Source: Candidatus Spongiisociaceae bacterium (lineage in GTDB: Bacteria > Actinomycetota > Acidimicrobiia > Spongiisociales > Spongiisociaceae). From it: a stretch of 64,000 nucleotides of DNA. Shown here piece by piece: positions 39,357-48,106 of this stretch. The stretch's first letter is position 1. Each line of letters begins with the position of its first letter. The DNA lies in NCBI GenBank assembly GCA_965262915.1, contig OZ253564.1, positions 3,296,001 to 3,360,000 on the forward strand, read 5' to 3'. The translations under genes were made by a program, and so were the position numbers. The notes under the pieces were generated by a model. It was not told where the DNA came from. It saw only the letters and a program-made list of their open reading frames with translations, and did no database searches.

Positions 39357-39711
39357 TCTTCTCCTCGATACCGACATCTTCATCGACCACCTGAGAGGAG
39401 CCATGAGGCTCGAGCCCCTTCACCACAGGGTCCACTACTCGGTGATCACCAGGGCTGAGCTGTTTGCGGGCGCGGGCCGGAACGAGTCGCCGGTTCGAAT
39501 CCTGCTGGATCCGTTCCGGGAGTTGGGCATCGACCGGGCTGTGGCCCAACGGGCCGGCCGTATCCGACGTGAGTCGCGGATCAGGCTGCCCGATGCTCTG
39601 ATCGCAGCCACGGCCATGGAGCAAGGTCTCAACCTGGTGAGCCGCAATCGACGTGACTTCGGTCGAGTGAAGGATCTCGTGACCTACCCGGCCATACCGA
39701 ACCGGGGTTAG
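39349..39711 (+). CDS. vapC: VapC PIN toxin
   Basis: LLDTDIFIDHLRG, SVITRAEL, DALIAATA, SRNRRDF. Confidence 0.9.
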   Translation: MADLLLDTDIFIDHLRGAMRLEPLHHRVHYSVITRAELFAGAGRNESPVRILLDPFRELGIDRAVAQRAGRIRRESRIRLPDALIAATAMEQGLNLVSRNRRDFGRVKDLVTYPAIPNRG

Positions 39712-40517
39712 CCGGAGACCAGTACCCGGTCGGACGGGTAGGCGGCCATGAAGGTCTGCACGGAGTCGGGTGACCAAGCGGGACCGAGGGGCAGTACCAG
39801 TTCCACCCGGGCTCTCCCCTCGCATGGCCGGCCCCGGCTCACCAGCAGCGTGGTGGTTCCTGCCGTGTGACGCAGCACGTAGCTGTACACGGTCGCGTAC
39901 AGGGCATGGTTGCAGACGCCGGTATCGCCCTGGTCGTGGCTGCCGAGCAGCGCGAAGATGTCTTCGGGCGACTCCGCTCGGTCGAGGCGGCGCTGGGCGG
40001 ATGCCATCCGGTCCTCCGTGGTCACCGTATCGTCGTTGCGGGGATGGATGCCCAACTCGGTGTGGTGGTTGGCTCGGGCGGTGGGCCGCCCGAGCCATAG
40101 CGCGGCCGTCCGCCGGCTCCGTACCTCAACCGCCGCCTGGCTGTCACCGTCGATGAGCACCAGGTTCCCCCACAGATACGGGCGGGCCGCCACCGCCTCC
40201 TGTACCGCCGCCACCCCCGACACCACATCGGTGCCCTCCCGCAGAGCGATCTCCACCAGGTCGTCGTAGTTGGCGTGGTCCGGGAGGGTGCGCACGTTGG
40301 AGTCACACGCCAGCAGCCCCGAGGAGTTGGCCCCGATCGAGAAACCCGAGAACCGGTCCAGCGCCGGGTCGGTACCCGCCCAGGTGGTGATGCCCTCCAC
40401 ACCGAACACATCCCGTTCCAGGACGATGCGGTCGTCGAAACTGGTGCGACCGAAGTCCTTGTTCTTGAACAGCATGAAGTCGTCCGGCCCGAGCCTGAGG
40501 AAACCGGTCGTGCACAT
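39708..40517 (-). CDS. Ntn-hydrolase family protein (C45/C69-like)
   Basis: N-terminal MCTT nucleophile, FKNKD, GANSSGL, ARANH. Confidence 0.7.
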   Translation of the reverse strand: MCTTGFLRLGPDDFMLFKNKDFGRTSFDDRIVLERDVFGVEGITTWAGTDPALDRFSGFSIGANSSGLLACDSNVRTLPDHANYDDLVEIALREGTDVVSGVAAVQEAVAARPYLWGNLVLIDGDSQAAVEVRSRRTAALWLGRPTARANHHTELGIHPRNDDTVTTEDRMASAQRRLDRAESPEDIFALLGSHDQGDTGVCNHALYATVYSYVLRHTAGTTTLLVSRGRPCEGRARVELVLPLGPAWSPDSVQTFMAAYPSDRVLVSG

Positions 40518-40590
40518 CAGGATCCTCCCGCACCGCGTGGCCGCCCCCGATACTACGCGGTCCTCGCCGGGTTCGGTAAGGTTGCCCCCC

Positions 40591-41814
40591 ATGACATCCC
40601 GTTTCCTCGGTCGTGCCGACCGCGCCAGGGTCGAGCGGCTTCTCCTGAGATATGTCGGCACCCATTCCGTCAACCCGGCCTTCGACCGCGGTCCCGGAGA
40701 GTCGGCGCTGGCCGGCCTCCTCCTCGCCGACCTGCGGGCCGACGGCTTCGCGGCGGTCCGCGAGGCGGTTCACCCGGGCGGGCGTGACAACATCGTGGTC
40801 ACCCTGCCGGGCCGCGACGGGGCGCCGGTCGTGATGTTCCACGCCCATCTCGACACGGTGGGCCTGTCAGGCAAGGCCACCACCGAATCCCTCTCATCGG
40901 GGGGCAACGTCTACGGACGAGGGGCGTGCGACACCAAAGGCTCGCTGGTGGCCATGGTCGAGTCGCTCCGCCTGCTCCGGGCGATCGACCCGGCCGAACG
41001 GGCCACCGTGGTGATGGTCGGGGGGATCGACGAGGAGGTGAGCGGCACCGGCGCCCAGGCCCTGGTGGACGCCCATCCCGAGATCGAGATGGCCGTGGTG
41101 GGCGAACCGACCGGTCTGGAGGTCGCCACGGCGCACAAAGGGGTGATCCGCTTCGAGATCGCCACCGTCGGCGTACCGGCTCACTCGTCCAAGCCCCACC
41201 TGGGACGCAACGCCATCCTCGCCATGTCCCGCGTGCTGGACACGCTCGAAACCGAGTACATACCGGCGCTGGATCCCGAGGGCCATCACCTGGCCGGTCC
41301 GGCCACCCTAACCGTCGCGACCATCAGAGGGGGGACCGGTCTCAACGTCGTCCCGGCAGAGTGTGTCATCGGAGTGGACCGCAGGGTCATTCCCGGGGAG
41401 GTCCACGACGATCTCCTCTCGGAGTTAGACGAGCTGCTGGGACGCGTCGACGACGTGCACATGGAACGTCGGGATCCCTTCCTGATCACTTCCGCCCTGG
41501 ACACTCCACCCGATGCTCCGGTGGTCCAAGCCCTCATAGACGCCCGGGAACAGGTGACCGGACACCGCGCCGAACCGATCGGGGTCACCTACGGCACCGA
41601 CGCCTCCTGTTTCGATCCGGCCGGCATCAGATGCGTCATCTTCGGACCCGGGAGCATCGACCAGGCCCATTCCGACGAGGAGTGGGTCGGCATCGAGGAG
41701 ACAGCCCTGGCCGCGGAGATCCTGGCCCAGACCGCCGTGGAGCTGGCCTGCCCGACAACCCGGTTACGGACCGCCACCTCCTCCAACCGCTGCTTGAGTT
41801 CCTCCGGAAAATAG
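40591..41814 (+). CDS. M20 family metallopeptidase/deacetylase (ArgE/DapE-like)
   Basis: HAHLDTV, GRGACDTKG, DEE, GEPT, AHSS.P, GTDA, AHSDEE. Confidence 0.92.
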   Translation: MTSRFLGRADRARVERLLLRYVGTHSVNPAFDRGPGESALAGLLLADLRADGFAAVREAVHPGGRDNIVVTLPGRDGAPVVMFHAHLDTVGLSGKATTESLSSGGNVYGRGACDTKGSLVAMVESLRLLRAIDPAERATVVMVGGIDEEVSGTGAQALVDAHPEIEMAVVGEPTGLEVATAHKGVIRFEIATVGVPAHSSKPHLGRNAILAMSRVLDTLETEYIPALDPEGHHLAGPATLTVATIRGGTGLNVVPAECVIGVDRRVIPGEVHDDLLSELDELLGRVDDVHMERRDPFLITSALDTPPDAPVVQALIDAREQVTGHRAEPIGVTYGTDASCFDPAGIRCVIFGPGSIDQAHSDEEWVGIEETALAAEILAQTAVELACPTTRLRTATSSNRCLSSSGK

Positions 41815-41831
41815 ACTGCCGTCCGCTTCAT
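41750..41831 (-). pseudogene. Truncated RHH antitoxin remnant
   Basis: MKRTAVYFPEELKQRLEEVA then loses similarity; repeated gatatggca upstream. Confidence 0.6.
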
Positions 41832-41897
41832 GCCATATCGTCTGCCATATCTCTGTATGGTTGCGAAACGGCCGTCGTACAGCCTCCTCCGCAGGTC

Positions 41898-42683
41898 TCA
41901 ACTCTCCGGGACGTCGTAGGTTTGGGCTGTGAGCGCCCCGTCGACGATCAGGTTGACCCCGCTGACGTACTTGGCGGCGTCGGATGCCAGATACAGGAAG
42001 GCTTCGGCTATGTCATCGTCGCCCGCAAGCCGGTTGGCAGGCACCACGGGGAAACCGTGCATGCGCCACTTCTCCATGAGTTCCTCACCGACCAGGTCGA
42101 CCGACTGCTGGGTGTCGGCGGGACCGGGGCTGACGCAATTGGCCCGGATCCCGTAAGGGGCGCATTCGACCGCTATCGCCCTCGCCAGTGACACCAGCGC
42201 CGCCTTGGACACGCAGTATGCGGTGAAACCCCGGCCGTGACCCAGCGCCACGATCGACGCGGTGAAGAGGATCACTCCCCCGCCCGTCTTCTTCATGGCC
42301 TGGGCAGCTTCGCGCGCCAGCACGAAATATGCATCGAGGTTGACCGACAGGATCCGTCTCCAATCGGAGGTTGTCATGTCGATGAAGGGCGCGTCGACCC
42401 ACGCCCCGGCGTTGGAGACCAGCACATCGAGTTTGGGATCGATGGCCAGGGCCTGCGCCATGGCCTCGGCGCAGTTGTCCATGTCCCCCATGTCCAGGCA
42501 GATCTTGTGGGGGACCGCTCCACGCGCCTCGATCGACGGGGCGGCGCCATCGAGGCGTTCCTGGTTGTAGTCGACCATGTACACGTGGTGGGCGCCCTCC
42601 TCGGCGAACCGCTGGGCGGTACGCCTCCCGAAGCCGCTCCCGGCACCGGTCACGAACACGTTCTTGCCTTCGAACCGCCTCAT
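41898..42683 (-). CDS. SDR oxidoreductase
   Basis: TGAGSGFG, SNAG, YCVSK, ANCVSPG. Confidence 0.93.
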   Translation of the reverse strand: MRRFEGKNVFVTGAGSGFGRRTAQRFAEEGAHHVYMVDYNQERLDGAAPSIEARGAVPHKICLDMGDMDNCAEAMAQALAIDPKLDVLVSNAGAWVDAPFIDMTTSDWRRILSVNLDAYFVLAREAAQAMKKTGGGVILFTASIVALGHGRGFTAYCVSKAALVSLARAIAVECAPYGIRANCVSPGPADTQQSVDLVGEELMEKWRMHGFPVVPANRLAGDDDIAEAFLYLASDAAKYVSGVNLIVDGALTAQTYDVPES

Positions 42684-42685
42684 GT

Positions 42686-43045
42686 TCACTCCTTCCAGGT
42701 GGCCACAAGCCCCGGGCCACGGTCGGGCGGGGGCACGATGACATGCTCCTTGACCACCCAGAACGTTCCGGTCGTCTTGGCATAGTTGCCCACATCCTCC
42801 CAGGCCGCGGCGGCCTGGGGCGTCGCCGAAGCACGGTCCCATGCCTCGTCGTCGTCGTACCACTGCTCTACGAAAGCCTCGGTCTCCAACTCGCCGCCGA
42901 GCTTGCGGACGACTTCGGATACCACGTAACCCCGCAGTCCGGGCAGGGTGGCCGAGATGGGCGCGTGCACATCGAACCAGTAGTCGAAGAACTCCTTCGT
43001 CGTGAAGTCGTCCCGCTTGTACGCCGTCCCGATCAACTTGATCAC
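42686..43045 (-). CDS. EthD family protein
   Basis: KRDDFTTKEFFDYWFDVHAP, LPGLRGY, EQWYDD; GGAGGTGA SD. Confidence 0.82.
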   Translation of the reverse strand: MIKLIGTAYKRDDFTTKEFFDYWFDVHAPISATLPGLRGYVVSEVVRKLGGELETEAFVEQWYDDDEAWDRASATPQAAAAWEDVGNYAKTTGTFWVVKEHVIVPPPDRGPGLVATWKE

Positions 43046-43204
43046 CCTCACCTCCGGGTCGCTCCGCCCGGAATCTATCAAACACAGTGCCGGCGGATCG
43101 CGCTCATGCCCAAGCCGAGAGCATTGCCCGCCGGATCCGGTGGCGAATGTCGGAGGTACGGGGTAGTTTCTTTCCACCAAGCCCTCGATCGCACGGAGAC
43201 AGCA

Positions 43205-43837
43205 GTGCCTGCACAGATCCATGCTCGGAAGTCGGAGCCGTTGCTCGGACGCGGCATCTACGACATCGCCGAGGCAGCGCGCATCGTCCGTAGACACCCC
43301 GAGACGGTTGCACGCTGGACGCGCAGCGAACATCCCCTACATCCGATTGACCATGACCGGATCATCTCTTTCCTGGACTTGATCAGCCTCTGGGTGATTT
43401 CCCAGTTGATCAGGCGCGGAGTATCTCGACGGGAGGTCAGGGCAGGAGGCGCCTACATTGCCCGTAAGGTGGGTACCGACTATCCCTATGCCCACCGGGA
43501 CCTGGCAACCGTAGGCGCCGGGTTCTTCGGTAATCTCGAGGCTTGGGTCGATGTAGGCAAAGGGGGCCAGGGTTCCTTCCCGCTGGTGATCGAAGGGCTA
43601 CTCGATCCGATCGAGTTCGGTGCAGACCGCCACGCTTCGATCTGGCGGCCCAGGAACGGGGTGTGGCTCAACCCCGACGTCCAGGCGGGCGCGCCATGTA
43701 TCGATGGGACCCGCGTTCCCACGAAGGTAGTGGCCGACCTCGAAGCTGCAGGTGAGCACCTCGATAACATCGCGAACGATCTGAATCTGGACGTCACGCA
43801 GGTAAGCGCTGCGTTGGAGTATGAACTCGCCGCGTGA
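43205..43837 (+). CDS. DUF433 antitoxin (VapB45-like, HTH + DUF433)
   Basis: GIYDIAEAARIV, ISFLDL, GAPCIDGTRVP, IANDLNL...ALEYE; start uncertain. Confidence 0.85.
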   Translation: MPAQIHARKSEPLLGRGIYDIAEAARIVRRHPETVARWTRSEHPLHPIDHDRIISFLDLISLWVISQLIRRGVSRREVRAGGAYIARKVGTDYPYAHRDLATVGAGFFGNLEAWVDVGKGGQGSFPLVIEGLLDPIEFGADRHASIWRPRNGVWLNPDVQAGAPCIDGTRVPTKVVADLEAAGEHLDNIANDLNLDVTQVSAALEYELAA

Positions 43838-44351
43838 GCATCGGCGGCACCGGCGTGGGCGTCCTCGCGTTCGTCTCCTGTTCGATGAGAATCTTCCGTG
43901 GAGAGTGGCCAGCGCGCTGAGGGAACTCGGATACCGGGCGAGCTATGTCGGGCATCAAAGCGATGGTGCTCCCATAAGGGGCTCCTCCGACCGATTGATA
44001 CTCGACCATGCCCGCGCTACGAACCAGGTAGTGGTCACATCGAATCACGACATGATTCTGCTCTGCCTGGAGGGGGGAAGGTCGGTGGTATGGCTGGATC
44101 CCCGCGGGCGCCAGATCACGTGGGAAGAAATGGTCGTTCTGGTGTTTCGAGCAGCGCGCGAGTGGGACCGCATGTTAGCGAGCGCAACCGAACCGGTTTG
44201 CATCCGTACTCTACGAACCAAAAACGAAGCGTTGGGGACCGAACGCGCCATCCACATGGCGCAACAGCGAATGGGGCGGATAGCAGCGCGGGAACGCCGT
44301 AAGCCGAAGCCCAAACCACTCGGAACCTTGCTCGAAACCCCTGCCGACTGA
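43821..44351 (+). CDS. DUF5615 PIN-like toxin (VapC45-like)
   Basis: LLFDENLP, SDRLIL, VVVTSNHD; coupled to the DUF433 gene. Confidence 0.82.
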   Translation: MNSPREHRRHRRGRPRVRLLFDENLPWRVASALRELGYRASYVGHQSDGAPIRGSSDRLILDHARATNQVVVTSNHDMILLCLEGGRSVVWLDPRGRQITWEEMVVLVFRAAREWDRMLASATEPVCIRTLRTKNEALGTERAIHMAQQRMGRIAARERRKPKPKPLGTLLETPAD

Positions 44352-44550
44352 TCCCCGACAGCGAAGTCTATTCCAGGAACCGAGTTCTCGCGCTCGTACG
44401 CCCATAAGGACTCGCGTCCCCGTGTCTGCTCGGCGTGACCACTCAGGGAAGTCTGAGAACATGGACCAAGCCATCTCACCGTCTCGCTCCTGCAAATCCT
44501 ATGCGACGGCTCGCTCGTTTCGCTCAGCCCGTACACTCCGCACCGGGAGG

Positions 44551-46302
44551 ATGACTATGTTCGTCTGGACACCGGCCGCCCTTATCGAGAAGCTCCTGGC
44601 AGACCATCCCGACGCGCCCCTCACGGTGGCGGCCGGACAAGGCACCACCAACGGCCTCGCTTGGCTGGCTCGACGAAGCGGGAACCGCAGGATCAGGTTG
44701 TTGATCGGCAGTTGCCGGCCCGATCAATTCGAGGTTCCGAGACCGGAGGATCACGATGACGTGGTCGCCTTCCTGGACCGGTACGGCGTGGAGGTCCGGT
44801 GTTGGGACAGCGGGGACGGCACACACCCGCACGAAGAGCCGCCCCGGATTCCTGTCGAGGCGTGGATCGTGCATGCCCAACCCCGGCCCGTCGCCCTGGA
44901 CGGCCCCGCCAACCTGACCATTGCCAGCCTCTACGACAACCTTCGGCAGGTGACCCCCGTCGCGGAGAGCGGACTGGACGGGGTTCTCGACTCGATCCGA
45001 CGGATGGAGGAAGAGTCCCTGGAGGTGACGGACCGGGTCCGGGGCTACATCACGCCCACCAGAAGTCCCCGTCGCCGCTCGAGCGTGGCGACGGAGCCAC
45101 AGGGTCCGACGACAGGACGGGGACGGGGGTATGCCCGCATTGCCAGATGGACCGCTTACATCGCGGGTGCGGCTGCCGTCGCCACGATCCTCGTCATCGT
45201 CCTGAGGGGCGGGTTCGGCGACAGCCCCGATCAAGCCGAGCCGGTGACCACCGCGCCCTCCGCCGCCGCGGTCACGACCCTCACCTCCGGCACTGCGACA
45301 ACCCGATCCGTGACCACCACAGCGGCCGTCGCGGCGCCCTCCACGGCAGCTCCCCAGGATCCGCCGGTGACGTTGACGCCACTCGCCACCGCCTACCTCG
45401 AAGATCTGGCCGGGTTCAGGAAGACACTCGACGATCTGGTGGGCGAGATCAACAGGGTCAACCGTGCCTGGGACGATCGCGACGAGACCGGCGTCACATT
45501 CTCGGCTACCCAGTCGGCTCTCGTCGCCATCGCGGAGGAGGCTCGGGCCTTGAGTGACCAGGTGGAGAGCCAGAGCGTCCCCCCTTCGGTACGCGGAATC
45601 CACGGGGAACCGGGAGGACCTAACGAGCAGGCCACCAGGCTGGCCGCCCTCGCGGAGCAGGTCCTGGCAGGACTACGGATCCCGGCCCCCGACGACGGTT
45701 CGCGGAGGCAGGCCGCTCTCGAGGACTTCAACGCCGCCGCCGCCGACTTCGGCAGCAGCGTGGACCGTATGGTCCGCTACGTGGACGAGAACGCCGAGGC
45801 GCTCGGTCTCGCCGTGATCGACCAGAGCCCGACCGGCGCCGCTCCACCGGATGCCGACCTGCCGGACGAGGCCGCCGCCTACGTCGATGCTCTCACCCGG
45901 TTCAAGGAGGTCCTGGCCGGGCTGGCGGGCGAGATGAACGCCGTCAACGCCGCATGGGACGACCGCACCGACACGGGTGTCACCTATACCGAGACCGCAT
46001 CCTCACTGGTCGACATCACCGAACGTGCGGAAACCTTCCGGGACCAGGTACGGGATCACCCCGCCGCGGGCATTCTCACGACGCTCGCGCAAGGACCGCC
46101 CCGGGAAGCGGCGCTCATCGCGCGGAGCGCAGCCGAAGTACTGGCGGGACTACGCATCCCGGCCCCCGACACAGGCTCCGAACGTCGCGCGGCCCTTGAC
46201 GACTTCAATGCTGCCGCCGAAGCGTTCAACGCGAGCGTCGACCTCGTCGTCTCCGACGTCTACGCAGAGGCCTCTTCGAGCAGTCTCGCCGGGGACGGCT
46301 AG
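44551..46302 (+). CDS. Membrane protein: degenerate PLD-like domain, TM helix, Thr/Ala linker, two helical repeats
   Basis: RLLIG, VEVR, GPANLT..L..N; TM YIAGAAAVATILVIVL; two ~130-aa repeats. Confidence 0.75.
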   Translation: MTMFVWTPAALIEKLLADHPDAPLTVAAGQGTTNGLAWLARRSGNRRIRLLIGSCRPDQFEVPRPEDHDDVVAFLDRYGVEVRCWDSGDGTHPHEEPPRIPVEAWIVHAQPRPVALDGPANLTIASLYDNLRQVTPVAESGLDGVLDSIRRMEEESLEVTDRVRGYITPTRSPRRRSSVATEPQGPTTGRGRGYARIARWTAYIAGAAAVATILVIVLRGGFGDSPDQAEPVTTAPSAAAVTTLTSGTATTRSVTTTAAVAAPSTAAPQDPPVTLTPLATAYLEDLAGFRKTLDDLVGEINRVNRAWDDRDETGVTFSATQSALVAIAEEARALSDQVESQSVPPSVRGIHGEPGGPNEQATRLAALAEQVLAGLRIPAPDDGSRRQAALEDFNAAAADFGSSVDRMVRYVDENAEALGLAVIDQSPTGAAPPDADLPDEAAAYVDALTRFKEVLAGLAGEMNAVNAAWDDRTDTGVTYTETASSLVDITERAETFRDQVRDHPAAGILTTLAQGPPREAALIARSAAEVLAGLRIPAPDTGSERRAALDDFNAAAEAFNASVDLVVSDVYAEASSSSLAGDG

Positions 46303-46529
46303 GCCCGAGTCCCGGTCCGGTGTGCTCGCCGGGGGCCTGCCGGGCACCGGCACGTCAAGGGTCTTGGCGCCTCTCCGCAATCGGCAAAGCCGGTTGGAGG
46401 ACCGACCAGGAACTCCGCCGACCATATATATAGGGAAGCGCCCTGTCGCGCCTCAGGCTCCCGTCGGAACGAGTGATTGGCGCGGCTGCCGGCCACATCC
46501 GGGATATGATCACGGCGTCGCAACGATGA

Positions 46530-46545
46530 GGTTGATCAATCAACC
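46530..46545. promoter_or_regulatory. Palindromic operator-like site
   Basis: GGTTGAT-CA-ATCAACC perfect 7-2-7 palindrome ~100 bp upstream of the next gene. Confidence 0.45.
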
Positions 46546-46642
46546 GGAAGGTCGAGAACCTCATGAGAGAGTCTCCGCATGTCGAAGATCAGATTCGCCA
46601 CGCATCCCCCCAATCGAACCCCGCAACCCGGACAGGCCGTAA

Positions 46643-47905
46643 GTGACGCCGTCCGGAGGCGGAGGCCGGCCGGGTCGCAGCCGTATGGGGATAGGCAGAG
46701 GTCGCAGGAAACCGGGCCCCAAATCGCCCCGCAAGAAGGGCCTCTGGAAGACCTATTACGCCCACATCGTCTTCGCGCTGGTCGTGGTGGGGGTGCTCGT
46801 GTTCATCTTCACCAGGGAGGACTCCGAGCCGACCGAACCGAGCCCCACTACGACCACCGCCACGGTGGCGACCACCGGAGCCACCCAGACTCCGGACACA
46901 ACGGTCCCCCCGACGACGACCACCGTGTCGAGTGCGGCCGTCGCCACAACGGTGACCACCGCACCTCCCGAGCCTCCCCGAGCGGTCGACCAACCCACCA
47001 TGTCCTACATGGAAGGACTGGCCGGGTTCAAGCAGACGCTGGCAGGGTTGGTAGAGGAGAGCACCGCCGCCAGCCAGGCGTGGGACAACCGCACCGAGAC
47101 CGGCGCCACCTACAGGGAAACGTCATCGATTCTCGTCGATGTCGTGGAGAGGACCCGGGCCTTCGCGGAAGCGGTGAGAGACCACCCGGTCCCGTCTTCG
47201 CTCGTGACGGCCCACGAAGGGTCGGACGGACCCGTCGAGCAAGCCGCCCGGCTGGTTCCGTTGGCAGAGGCGGTATTGGCCGGACTCCGCCTACCCTCCC
47301 CCGACGACGGGTCGACGAGGCGGGCTGCGGTCGCCGACTTCAGCGCCGCCGCCGATGACTTCGACGCGAGCGTCGACAGGGTCACCGCCCCTATGGACGA
47401 CCGCGCCGAGGACCGCGAGGTCACCGGCGACGAGCAAGCCGCCCCGACGACCGTACCCGAACCGTCGGAGGAAGCAACCACCTACATCGAAGGGCTGTCC
47501 GGGTTCAAGGACACCCTGGCGGAGTTGGTAGCGGCGGCCAACGCGGCCAACCAGGATTGGGACAACCGGACCGAATCCGGTGTCACGTACCGGGAGACCG
47601 CCACCGCCCTGATCGGGATCACCCAGCAGGCCCGGTCCTTCCGCGAGCAGGTACGGGACCATCCGGTTCCCGGCCCTGTCGCAACACTCGGCCGCGGACC
47701 GGTAGACCAGGCCGCCAGACTGGTGTCCCTGGCGGACGCGGTGCTCGAAGGGCTTCGGATACCCGCCCCCGAGGACGGGTCGGTCCGGCGGGCCGCGCTG
47801 GCCGACTTCAACACCGCCGCCGATGACTTCGCCGCCGGAGTGGACGGGGTGATCCGCCACATCGAGGAGAACTTCGAGGCACTGGGGCTGGTGCAGGACG
47901 GCTAG
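46643..47905 (+). CDS. Membrane-anchored protein with Thr-rich linker and two helical repeats (paralogue of the upstream gene)
   Basis: Basic N-terminus, TM IVFALVVVGVLVFIF, repeats with AWDNRTE.G.TYRET and LAGLR.P.PDDGS.RRAA..DF. Confidence 0.8.
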   Translation: MTPSGGGGRPGRSRMGIGRGRRKPGPKSPRKKGLWKTYYAHIVFALVVVGVLVFIFTREDSEPTEPSPTTTTATVATTGATQTPDTTVPPTTTTVSSAAVATTVTTAPPEPPRAVDQPTMSYMEGLAGFKQTLAGLVEESTAASQAWDNRTETGATYRETSSILVDVVERTRAFAEAVRDHPVPSSLVTAHEGSDGPVEQAARLVPLAEAVLAGLRLPSPDDGSTRRAAVADFSAAADDFDASVDRVTAPMDDRAEDREVTGDEQAAPTTVPEPSEEATTYIEGLSGFKDTLAELVAAANAANQDWDNRTESGVTYRETATALIGITQQARSFREQVRDHPVPGPVATLGRGPVDQAARLVSLADAVLEGLRIPAPEDGSVRRAALADFNTAADDFAAGVDGVIRHIEENFEALGLVQDG

Positions 47906-48106
47906 CGGTCAGTACGCGAGACAACCTGCGGTGCGCTGCTTGTTACGGAGCCATTCCGCGAAAAGCACGCCGAGGTCACCCCTACCATCACCTCCCTCCC
48001 CGCCGGGTGACGGCCGCACCATCCCTCCCGAACGCGCTCCGGCGAGCCCCGCCCTCCGCAGAGCCGGCCCGCCCCGATAACCTGATCGAGAGGAAAGGTG
48101 TGCGCA

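Noticed and set aside
46370-46470. c-di-GMP or other riboswitch upstream of the second repeat protein
   Set aside because: Only a ggcaaa-like fragment; the required paired elements could not be identified.
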